Source: Candidatus Contendobacter sp. (GTDB lineage Bacteria > Pseudomonadota > Gammaproteobacteria > Competibacterales > Competibacteraceae). From it: 64,000 nt of DNA. Below are positions 43,513 through 52,157 of this stretch, in pieces. The stretch covers positions 2,086 to 66,085 of the forward strand of contig JBDHRD010000001.1 in NCBI GenBank assembly GCA_039807425.1. The letters run 5' to 3'. Under the pieces are notes generated by a model, which was given only the letters and a program-made list of their open reading frames with translations, was not told the DNA's origin and did no database searches. Numbering within the stretch: the stretch's first letter is position 1; every line of letters starts with the position of its first letter. The translations under genes and the position numbers were made by a program.

Positions 43513-43962
43513 ATGAACAAGAAGCTGATGCTGGGTATGGCTGCGTTTTGTGCGATGGGATTGACCGGCGGCGCCTGGGCGGCCGACTTCGGCACCGCCG
43601 CGGAAGCCAAGACGATGCTGGAAAAAGCCGCTCCTGCGGTAAAAGCGGATGAAGCCAAGGCGCTGGCTGCGTTCAACGCAGGCGCGGATGGATTCAAGGT
43701 TAAGGATTTATACGTTTTCTGCGGTGGCGCCGATGGTAATTTCACCGCTCATCCGACGCTGGTGGGAAAGAGCATGAAGGGCTTGAAAGACAAAGAAGGC
43801 AAGCCGATTGGTGAGGAATTTTACAAAGTCGCACAAGAAGGCGAATTTGCCGAAGTGAGCTATAAGTGGCCTCGCCCGGGTGAGGAAAAAGTGTCTGAGA
43901 AGGTGACCTACGTCATCAAGGCAGGCGATCAGGTTTGTGGTGTGGGCTACTACAAGCAATAA
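43513..43962 (+). CDS. Stand-alone periplasmic single Cache domain protein
   Basis: AAGGAGG RBS; signal peptide; GTAAEAKTML.KA, F...DLYVFC, AHP.LVG, LKD..GK, V.YKWPRPG and CGVGYYK. Confidence 0.85.
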   Translation: MNKKLMLGMAAFCAMGLTGGAWAADFGTAAEAKTMLEKAAPAVKADEAKALAAFNAGADGFKVKDLYVFCGGADGNFTAHPTLVGKSMKGLKDKEGKPIGEEFYKVAQEGEFAEVSYKWPRPGEEKVSEKVTYVIKAGDQVCGVGYYKQ

Positions 43963-44181
43963 AGCCGCGCGCGAAGGTTCGTAATTTTCTGGTCCGAGCC
44001 GAACTCCAGCCAGGGTTCGGCGCTTTGCGCATCCGGATTCCTCACCCAGGTGGTTGCCCCCCCTCGTCCAATCTCCTCCCGCGTAGGAGAAGGGTAGTCA
44101 AGCAACTCGCTATTCCCGCAATGCTCCTTCCCCCTGGTGGGGGGGGAGACTTATTTGTAATCGATAGGGTCTGGAAGCGGT

Positions 44182-47100
44182 ATGGCAATAATGATCGGGA
44201 ACAGTCAGGCTGGGCGGTTGGCTGGAAACGGGCTGAGCTGGCTTTTTCTCCTGCTCCTTATCGTCCTGCTTCCGATCAGTCCCGCCTTGGCCCAGGAAGC
44301 GGGCGAGATCATCAGCCTCCTCGGAACCGCCGAAGTCTGGCGCGAGGGACGCTGGCAACCGGTTGAGGCGGGCGTGGCGCTGGCGGCGGGCGAGACCGTG
44401 CGAACCGGCGAGGGCAGTCGGGTCGCGGTCCTGCTGGCCAACGGTGCCCAACTCAAGCTCAATGCCAACAGCCGATTGGAACTGAAACCACCCGCCCCCA
44501 AGCCCGAGGGGTTCCTGCCCACTACCACCGAAGCACTGCGAAGTGTGTTGCGGGTGTTGAACGGCGAAATCTGGGTGCGCAACGGCGGCGAACCGCTGGA
44601 AATCCAGACCGTGCCGGCGACCGCCTCCATTCGCGGCACCGAATTCACCCTGGCGGTCGATCCGGGCGACGTCGCGCGACTGGCCGTGCTCGCTGGCCTG
44701 GTCGAGTTCAGCAACCCCCAGGGCAGCGTGCTGGTGGCCGCCAACGAACAGGCTACGGTCAAACTGGGCGAAGCGCCGCGCAAGACCGTGTTGCTCAACC
44801 CGCTCGATGCGGTGCAATGGTCGCTCTACTATCCGGACCCGGTCGGTGGTCGAACGGAACGGGCGCGGGATCCCCAGTCTCCTCGCTACTGGATCCAGGC
44901 GGCCCAGACCGCGCTCCTGCGGGGTGAAGTACCGCAAGCCCGACAGGCGCTCGACCGGGCGCTGGCGCTCGATCCCAAGAATGTCGATGCCTACAGCCTG
45001 CGGTCCACCATCGCTCTGGTGCAAAACCAAAAGGCCGAGGCGCGAGCCGACGCCGAACGGGCCATCACCGCCGATCCGGCGTCATCCGCGGGCTGGCTCA
45101 GTCTGAGCTATGTCCAACAGGCCGAGTTCGATCTGGATGCCGCGCTGGCGTCGGCTCGAAAAGCGGTAAAACTCGATCCGCGCAATGTCCAGGCGCTGGC
45201 TCAGGAAAGCAGCCTGCTGTTCGGCATGGGCCGGTTGCGTGACGCCGTCAAGGTCGCGGAGCGGGCGCGGCGGCAGGCCCCGGACGACGCCATGGTCAAT
45301 ACGATTTGGGGGTTCCTGCAACTGGCGCGCCTTCGGATCGACGAGGCCCGCGATGCGTTTCAGGCCGCCATCGCCCAGGACTCGACCCTGGGCTTGCCGC
45401 ATCTGGGTTTGGGTCTGGTGCTGTTCCGGCGCAATCAGACCGACGCGGCAGTGGCCGAGATGCGCCAGGCGACGCTGCTGGAGCCGCTGGTCTCACTCTA
45501 CAACAGCTATCTGGGCAAGGCGTTTTACGAAATCAAGGACGACCGGCGGGCGCAAAAATATCTGGAAGCGGCTAAACAACTCGATCCCCACGACCCGACC
45601 CCCTGGTTGTATAACGCCATCCGCCTGCAAAGCATCAACCGGCCGGGCGAGGCGCTTGAGAATGCGCGGAAATCCATCGAATTAAACGATAACCGCATGG
45701 TCTACCGGTCCCGGCTGTTGCTGGATGATGATCGGGCAACGCGCGAAGCCACCTTGGCGGGGATTTATGAAAATCTCGGGTTCGAGCAACTGGCGCAGGA
45801 GAAGGCGACCCAGTCGTTGAGTCTCGACCCCACCAACTATTCGGCACACCGGTTTCTATCGGACAGCTATGTCGGCCAGCCGGGTTACGAAATCGCCCAG
45901 GTCAGCGAATTGCTGCAAGCCCAACTGTTGCAACCGATCAATATCAACCCCATTCAACCGAGCCTGGTGGCGACCAATCTCAATATCCTGGCGCGCACAG
46001 GTCTGACCCAGATGGCCTTCAATGAGTACATGTCCCTGTTCGAGCGTGACCAGACCCAACTGTATGTCTCTGGAGTCGGCGGAAATAATGGTACTTGGGG
46101 CGATGAAGTCGTGGTATCGGGGTTGAATGGACCATTTTCCTACAGTTTGGGGCAGTTTCACTATCAGACCGATGGTTTTCGCCCCAATAATGATTTTCGG
46201 CATGACCTCTATAATGTATTTGTCCAGGCTGCGATAACCCCGGAATTTAATGTTCAAGCCGAGTACCGTCATCGTCAGAGTGACTATGGCTATCTGAATA
46301 TTGATTTTGATGGAGGCTTTGATCCCACGAGTCGAGATAGCCTGAATGAGGATATTGGCCGCATTGGCGCTCGTTATTCACCCTCACCACAAAATACCTT
46401 CATTACTTCATTGATTTATGCCGACCGGGACCATCCATTTTCTTATGTTACTAAAAATGGAAAATTTGAACTTACCAACCAGATCCAAGGTTGGCAAGGT
46501 GAATTACAATGGCTCTACAAGGGAGATTCCTTTAATGCGATCACCGGTATGGGCATCTATCGGGATGAATTTTATCTCTATTACCTTGGCCAAGCATTTA
46601 ACGAATTTCCAACTGACCACAAGACTGTTTATGGTTATACCAATGTACAGCTTACAAAGAATATCGTTGGGACGCTGGGGCTTGCCTATGATGCCTATGA
46701 TTCACAAAACTTTAGTTTAAATCAACTGAATCCTAAAATTGGGTTGCGGTGGGACATCACGAATAATCTTGCCTTACGCGCGGCGGCGTTCGAGGTAGTC
46801 AAACGGGATCTGTTGGTTAATCAAACTGTTGAACCAACCCAAGTTGCTGGTTTCAATCAATTTTTTGATGATATCAATGGAACGTCGTCCAAAAACCATG
46901 GTATTGGCCTTGATGCCCGTTTTACCAGAACCTTATTTGGTGGCGTGGAACTGATGAGGCGTGATTTGGATATGCCATCCGGAGGAGGGCCAGGATCTTT
47001 TGGTTTTGAAAAGCTTCAGATAGACTTGGCCCGCGTCTATCTTAACTGGCTGGCTGACTGGAACTGGTCGGTGACGTTGGAATATCTTTATCAAGGTTTA

Positions 47101-47496
47101 ACCACGGAGGGAGGGCGATTTACGGAGGGAGGGCAATTTCTTCAGACAGCCCATCCGACCCAGCTTGACACCAGTACGGCACCCCTCCATATTCGTTACT
47201 TTGATCCCTCAGGATTTTTTGCCGGGGCTGGCGCCACTTATGTTTATCAGCACGTGGATTATGATCCAGAGGCAAACCCGGCGGCAGTTTCCGGCGATAG
47301 TGATTTTGTTTTATTTGACGCCACGGTCGGTTATCGTTTACCCAAGCGCTGGGGAATCCTCGCGCTTGAGGGCAGGAATTTGACTGATAAACACTTCCAG
47401 TATCAGGATTACAATTTTCTGATGGCGAGCAACAGCCTTAATCCGCAGTACCTACCTGAGCGGACCGTGCTTGGGCGCTTTATTCTCAACTTCTAA
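44182..47496 (+). CDS. Outer-membrane receptor: FecR-like domain, TPR array and C-terminal beta-barrel (NsrA-like architecture)
   Basis: Signal peptide; GETVRTGEGSRV...LNANSRL...ATASIRGTEF FecR-like domain; repeated ALALDP/AVKLDP TPRs; amphipathic beta strands ending in terminal Phe (GRFILNF). Confidence 0.85.
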   Translation: MAIMIGNSQAGRLAGNGLSWLFLLLLIVLLPISPALAQEAGEIISLLGTAEVWREGRWQPVEAGVALAAGETVRTGEGSRVAVLLANGAQLKLNANSRLELKPPAPKPEGFLPTTTEALRSVLRVLNGEIWVRNGGEPLEIQTVPATASIRGTEFTLAVDPGDVARLAVLAGLVEFSNPQGSVLVAANEQATVKLGEAPRKTVLLNPLDAVQWSLYYPDPVGGRTERARDPQSPRYWIQAAQTALLRGEVPQARQALDRALALDPKNVDAYSLRSTIALVQNQKAEARADAERAITADPASSAGWLSLSYVQQAEFDLDAALASARKAVKLDPRNVQALAQESSLLFGMGRLRDAVKVAERARRQAPDDAMVNTIWGFLQLARLRIDEARDAFQAAIAQDSTLGLPHLGLGLVLFRRNQTDAAVAEMRQATLLEPLVSLYNSYLGKAFYEIKDDRRAQKYLEAAKQLDPHDPTPWLYNAIRLQSINRPGEALENARKSIELNDNRMVYRSRLLLDDDRATREATLAGIYENLGFEQLAQEKATQSLSLDPTNYSAHRFLSDSYVGQPGYEIAQVSELLQAQLLQPININPIQPSLVATNLNILARTGLTQMAFNEYMSLFERDQTQLYVSGVGGNNGTWGDEVVVSGLNGPFSYSLGQFHYQTDGFRPNNDFRHDLYNVFVQAAITPEFNVQAEYRHRQSDYGYLNIDFDGGFDPTSRDSLNEDIGRIGARYSPSPQNTFITSLIYADRDHPFSYVTKNGKFELTNQIQGWQGELQWLYKGDSFNAITGMGIYRDEFYLYYLGQAFNEFPTDHKTVYGYTNVQLTKNIVGTLGLAYDAYDSQNFSLNQLNPKIGLRWDITNNLALRAAAFEVVKRDLLVNQTVEPTQVAGFNQFFDDINGTSSKNHGIGLDARFTRTLFGGVELMRRDLDMPSGGGPGSFGFEKLQIDLARVYLNWLADWNWSVTLEYLYQGLTTEGGRFTEGGQFLQTAHPTQLDTSTAPLHIRYFDPSGFFAGAGATYVYQHVDYDPEANPAAVSGDSDFVLFDATVGYRLPKRWGILALEGRNLTDKHFQYQDYNFLMASNSLNPQYLPERTVLGRFILNF

Positions 47497-47522
47497 TCCA
47501 ACAATGTGGAGGGGTGTGCAAA

Positions 47523-47750
47523 ATGGCAAAATATAAAATTGCAAACCTTGAAATCGAAGAAAATTCTTCTTCGGTGGACTTGCAGGGGATTGCTCCTAAT
47601 ACCATTCTGGTTATTGCATCGGATGGAGCAGGAAACATGAAAATACTGGCGCCAAAACCGGGTGCGACCTTGAATGATAAAATGATTACTGGAACCGCTG
47701 GCTTGTGCCGTAGGCTGATCGGTGGGGTATGGCAGTGGGTACCTTGCTAG
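47523..47750 (+). CDS. 75-aa protein with C-terminal Cys-loop (CRRLIGGVWQWVPC), candidate signalling-peptide precursor
   Basis: GGAGGGG RBS 8 nt before ATG; fills the gap between receptor and kinase; the only two Cys are in the last 14 residues. Confidence 0.75.
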   Translation: MAKYKIANLEIEENSSSVDLQGIAPNTILVIASDGAGNMKILAPKPGATLNDKMITGTAGLCRRLIGGVWQWVPC

Positions 47751-47763
47751 CAGCAGCAAATCC

Positions 47764-49863
47764 TTGCCCAACTTCCAAACCCCATTGATCCTGTCGGCGA
47801 CTATCGTTGCGGTAGTCGCCTTCTGGATGACCCTCCTTCTCTCCAGCCTGTCCTTTTTTGCCTTCCTCGAACTGAAAGGGCTCGATCTGTTGTTTGCGCT
47901 GCGCGGCCCCTTGCCTCCACCCGATCTCATCGTCGTCGTCGCCATCGACGAACCCTCCATGGCCGAGATTGGACGGCAATGGCCGTGGCCGCGCAGCCTG
48001 CACGCCCGCCTGATCCAGCAACTTAACAAGGCCGGCGCCAAAGTGATCGGCTTCGACATCCTGTTTTCGGAACCCTCGGAATCGGACGAGGACGAGGAAC
48101 TGGCCCGCGTTCTGCGCGACAGCGGTAATGTCGTGCTGGTGAGCGCCCTGTCGGTGGTGAACGACCCCCTGTTTCGCCACACCATCCGGATCGATCCGAT
48201 TCCGGCGTTTCGGGACGCCGCCACGGTGGGCAGTCCACTGATCAGCATCGATGCGGATGGCGTCGTGCGACGGGCCCGCCTGCTGGCCCCCGATCTGCCC
48301 TCGTTCGCCCTGCAAGTCGTCCGGCGCTATCTGGGGAATCCGGCTCCGGGAACCACGGCGGCGACTGAAGCACAGTGGCTGCTCAGGCAACGGGATTTAG
48401 CGCGGGAGGCGCTGATCGCCTACCGGGGGCCGCCGAAAACGATCAAAACGGTTTCGTACTACCAGGCCCTGAATTACGAGCGGATGCTGCCGCCAGGGGT
48501 CTTCGCCGGCAAGATCGTGCTGGTGGGCCGCCTGCTGGAAGCCATCCCCGAACCGCAACACCTGTCGGGCGATACCTTTCTCACCCCGTTCTCCTGGTTG
48601 GCTGGCAGCCCTTCCGCCGGCGTCGAGATTCAGGCCACTATCATCAGTAACGTTCTCGACGGACGGTTCATCGCCGAGCCGCATCAGTTCAGCCAATGGC
48701 TCCTGTTGTTGGCGCTGCTGTTAACCATGGGCTTGCTTGTTGCAAAGCTCAAACCGGTTGCCGCCCTGAGCGCGACGGTGGCGCTGGGGGGGGTGTCGAT
48801 GACAATGGCGCATGTGGCTTTTACGACTATGACTCTGTGGGTTCCCATCGTCTCGACCTTGACGGGCCTTGTGCTGGTCTATGGCGGTCATTTGCTGGTC
48901 CGGGCGGTGATGGCCGAGCGCGAGCGCCGCCGCCTGTTGGAGGAAATCAACCGCGATCTGGAAGCCAGAATCGCCGCGCGCACCCAGGAACTTTCCGCCG
49001 CCAACCGGGAACTCCAGCAGCGCCACCAACAGATCGAAGCGGCTTATCAGGAATTGGCCCGCACTCAGGACCAACTGGTTCACTCGGAAAAAATGGCTTC
49101 ATTGGGTTTGCTGGTGGCCGGTGTGGCGCACGAACTGAATAATCCCATCAGCTACGTCTACAGTAATCTGGAATTCATCGAGGATTACACCGAACGCCTG
49201 GCGGCAATGGCCAAAGCGTATTCCGACGCCGAAAAGCCAGCGAATTCAACCGGACATCAGAGCGCTGCGCGACCAGAAATTGCTCGCGTTGAGGCGACCT
49301 TGGCGACCTTGCAGAAATTGATCGCCAGTTGCAGGGAGGGCGCCGAGCGAGTCAAGAAAATCGTACTGGATTTGCGCATTTTTTCGCGCACCGACGATAT
49401 CGGCCTTGTGCTGACCGATTTGCATGAAGGTCTCGAATCCACCTTGAATCTGCTCGCCAAGCAATACAGGGATCGAATTATCCTCCATCGTGAATATGGT
49501 TACCTGCCCCTGGTGGAATGCTACCCCAGCCAAATCAACCAAGTATTCATGAATTTGTTGCAAAACGCCGCCCAAGCCATCGCCAACCAGGGCGAGGTTT
49601 GGATTCGCACGGTCGCGGAGGGCGACTGGGTGAAAATCACGATCAGGGATAACGGTGTCGGCATTCCCGAAGCTCAATTGAACCGGATTTTTGATCCCTT
49701 TTTTACGACCAAGCCCGTTGGCGCAGGGATGGGACTGGGACTCAGCATCAGCTATGGAATTATTGAAAAGCACGGTGGAAAGATTCGGGTCGCCAGCAAG
49801 GTAGGTGAAGGAGCAGAATTGACGATTGAATTGCCGGTGCGTTCGATGGGGAGAACGATATGA
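47764..49863 (+). CDS. CHASE2-domain sensor histidine kinase
   Basis: DLLFALRGP, IVVVAIDEPS...QWPWPRS.HARLI, IGFDILFSE and GVEIQA CHASE2 motifs; TMs; EKMASLG..VAGVAHELNNP H-box, NLLQNA, DNGVGI, FDPFFTTK and GLGLSISY; start codon uncertain (47722-47830). Confidence 0.92.
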   Translation: MPNFQTPLILSATIVAVVAFWMTLLLSSLSFFAFLELKGLDLLFALRGPLPPPDLIVVVAIDEPSMAEIGRQWPWPRSLHARLIQQLNKAGAKVIGFDILFSEPSESDEDEELARVLRDSGNVVLVSALSVVNDPLFRHTIRIDPIPAFRDAATVGSPLISIDADGVVRRARLLAPDLPSFALQVVRRYLGNPAPGTTAATEAQWLLRQRDLAREALIAYRGPPKTIKTVSYYQALNYERMLPPGVFAGKIVLVGRLLEAIPEPQHLSGDTFLTPFSWLAGSPSAGVEIQATIISNVLDGRFIAEPHQFSQWLLLLALLLTMGLLVAKLKPVAALSATVALGGVSMTMAHVAFTTMTLWVPIVSTLTGLVLVYGGHLLVRAVMAERERRRLLEEINRDLEARIAARTQELSAANRELQQRHQQIEAAYQELARTQDQLVHSEKMASLGLLVAGVAHELNNPISYVYSNLEFIEDYTERLAAMAKAYSDAEKPANSTGHQSAARPEIARVEATLATLQKLIASCREGAERVKKIVLDLRIFSRTDDIGLVLTDLHEGLESTLNLLAKQYRDRIILHREYGYLPLVECYPSQINQVFMNLLQNAAQAIANQGEVWIRTVAEGDWVKITIRDNGVGIPEAQLNRIFDPFFTTKPVGAGMGLGLSISYGIIEKHGGKIRVASKVGEGAELTIELPVRSMGRTI

Positions 49864-51269
49864 AACGCCATGGCCTCCTCATCGTTGACGATGAAAAGGA
49901 AATCCTGCGCAGTCTGACCCTGACCTTCGCTGAGGATTACGAGGTCTTCACGGCGTCCAGCGGAACCGAGGCTTTGAAAATTCTGGAAAAACAGGATATT
50001 GCTCTCGTGATCGCCGATCAGCGGATGCCCGGGATGACCGGCGCGGAACTGTTGGAAAATGTCTTTAAAGTCAATCCAAACATCATTCGCATTATCCTGA
50101 CCGGCTACACGGATACCACCTCGCTGATTCAAGCGGTCAATAGGGGACATATTTATCAGTATATCACTAAACCCTGGGAGCGGCAGGAACTCAGGATCGT
50201 GATCAGGCGGGCGCTGGAGAGTTATGAATTGACTTTGGAGAATCAGCGCTTGCTCCGGGAATTGCAGGCTGCTAACCAACGGCTGAAAGATGAAAATATC
50301 TTCCTCAGGAATGAAGCAGCCAAGGAATTACGATGCTCCAGTATCATCGGAAAAAGCTCGGCCATACAACAGGTTTTCGGCTTGGTGAACCGAGTGCTGG
50401 AGAATTCGGTCACCGTCCTGCTCACCGGTGAGACTGGCACGGGAAAAACGCTGCTGGCCTGCTACATTCATCACCACGGATCGCGCAGAGACAAATTGTT
50501 CATCGAGCAGAATTGCGGAATCCTTCCCGAAGCGTTGCTGGAAAGCGAACTGTTTGGCCACAAGCGCGGCGCTTTTACCGGCGCGATCCAGGATCGAAAG
50601 GGACTATTCGAGGTCGCCGATGGCGGGACTCTGTTCCTGGATGAGATCAGCGAAATGAGTCCGGCGCTTCAGGTCAAATTGTTGCAGGTCTTGCAGGAGG
50701 GGCGATTCCGTCGGGTCGGCGAAAGCGAGTTCCGCCAAGTCGATGTTCGAATCATCGCCGCAACCAACAAGGATTTGGGAGCCGAGGTTCAGAAAAGCCA
50801 GTTCCGGGCCGATTTGTTTTATCGGATTAACGTCTTTCCCATTCACATTCCACCGTTGCGAGAGCGAATCGAAGATATTCCCCTGTTGGCTGAGCATTGC
50901 CTGAATAAATACCGTTGCAAGCTCAATAATCGGGTGGCCGGCTTTAGCGAGGATGCCCTGCGGGGTTTATGCGGCTACGATTATCCGGGTAATGTGCGGG
51001 AATTGGAAAATCTGATCGAACGGGCATTGATCCTAAGTACCGGTGCGCGGATTGAAGCAGGCGAATGGTTGCCGGCCTTGCCTGTCAATACCGGCGGCGT
51101 TACCAGAATGGAACAATTGGAACGAGCCGAGATCGAGCGGTTGCTCGATCGGCACCAAGGTAATCTGGCTCTGGTTGCCAAGGAACTGGGCGTTAGTCGC
51201 ACCACCCTGTGGCGCCGTTTGAGGGATTATCGCGTTCAGTCTGACAGGGATTCGAGTGTTTCAAAATGA
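49860..51269 (+). CDS. Sigma54-dependent response regulator (NtrC family)
   Basis: Receiver (IVDDE, DQRMPGM, KPW); AAA+ [30 protein letters not shown]; Fis-type HTH ([12 protein letters not shown]). Confidence 0.94.
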   Translation: MKRHGLLIVDDEKEILRSLTLTFAEDYEVFTASSGTEALKILEKQDIALVIADQRMPGMTGAELLENVFKVNPNIIRIILTGYTDTTSLIQAVNRGHIYQYITKPWERQELRIVIRRALESYELTLENQRLLRELQAANQRLKDENIFLRNEAAKELRCSSIIGKSSAIQQVFGLVNRVLENSVTVLLTGETGTGKTLLACYIHHHGSRRDKLFIEQNCGILPEALLESELFGHKRGAFTGAIQDRKGLFEVADGGTLFLDEISEMSPALQVKLLQVLQEGRFRRVGESEFRQVDVRIIAATNKDLGAEVQKSQFRADLFYRINVFPIHIPPLRERIEDIPLLAEHCLNKYRCKLNNRVAGFSEDALRGLCGYDYPGNVRELENLIERALILSTGARIEAGEWLPALPVNTGGVTRMEQLERAEIERLLDRHQGNLALVAKELGVSRTTLWRRLRDYRVQSDRDSSVSK

Positions 51270-51300
51270 AACATGGGAAAATGGATTTGTTTCAAATTAC
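51257..51300 (+). promoter_or_regulatory. Putative enhancer (UAS) for a sigma54 activator
   Basis: Palindrome TGTTTCA-AAA-TGAAACA (51257-51273) and a second half-site TGTTTCAAA at 51288. Confidence 0.55.
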
Positions 51301-51536
51301 TACTGCCTGACCTCCCGGTTTCATTCTTTCCCCTCTTCCCCCCCCCCGTTGTCATTTTTTAGATACGGTTCCTTGTTCGTGGTCAGGGAAATTCCCTCCT
51401 CCTCGCGATGGAGGGTGAAGGAGGAAGAGAGAAGAAGGGAGGATCCAATCGCAGCTCCTTGAATTTCTAGCGGTTCAATTTGTAGCCTCCCACCCCGGCT
51501 CAATCCTCCCCGACAAGGAGGGAGGGAGACTTGTGT

Positions 51537-51552
51537 TGGCTTGAATTATGCT
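51537..51552 (+). promoter_or_regulatory. Putative sigma54 -24/-12 promoter
   Basis: TGGCTTGAATTATGCT: GG and GC separated by 10 nt; about 50 nt before the XRE gene start. Confidence 0.55.
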
Positions 51553-51599
51553 GCTTTGCCATAAAAGCTTGGTTTTATCATGGATACAAGTACTGGGAG

Positions 51600-51965
51600 A
51601 TGGCTATGGAATTTGGATACTATACCCGGCAGCTTCGTCAGCAGCGCCATGGAGTGAACCGGCGCTTCTCCATTCGGCAACTGGCCCAGCGGATTGGAGT
51701 GGAACCGATCTATCTCAGCAGGATCGAGCGGGGTGATGTCACTCCATCGGAGGAGATGATCCAGCGCTTGGCGGCAGAGTTGGGAGAAGATGCGGATGTG
51801 CTGTTAGCGCGGGCGGGCAGGATAGCCAATGACATCCGCGAGATCATCACGTGCCGGCCGATTCTGTTCACCGAGTTGATCCGGGGCCTGAATGAAATGG
51901 ACGACCAGGAATTGATGAAATTGGTGTGCAAGGTGCGTAACGGGGAAATGGCGGCCGGTCGCTAG
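51600..51965 (+). CDS. XRE-family helix-turn-helix protein
   Basis: FG...RQLR...SIRQLAQRIGVEPIYLSRIERG...PSEE.I.RLA..LG. Confidence 0.85.
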   Translation: MAMEFGYYTRQLRQQRHGVNRRFSIRQLAQRIGVEPIYLSRIERGDVTPSEEMIQRLAAELGEDADVLLARAGRIANDIREIITCRPILFTELIRGLNEMDDQELMKLVCKVRNGEMAAGR

Positions 51966-52157
51966 TTAGGATGATATGGACTTCAATCGAATCGAGAAGT
52001 GTTTTCAATAAGAGCAAGAATTTAATCTCATAAATCAATAGGTTGATAATTTTTATCACGGAGCGGGTCTAGAAAAGCATCGGTGGCTGGTTTCACAAGG
52101 TTCTATCAGGAGCTTTTTTTCACCTGGATTTAAGCTACCTGAATACAGGGGGGGGTC

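Noticed and set aside
51320-51530. C/T- and G/A-rich hairpins (similar ones at about 44055-44150 and 20540-20575) as an ncRNA
   Set aside because: They look like degenerate dispersed CCCTCTCCC...GGGAGAGGG-type intergenic repeats; too diverged to define by eye.
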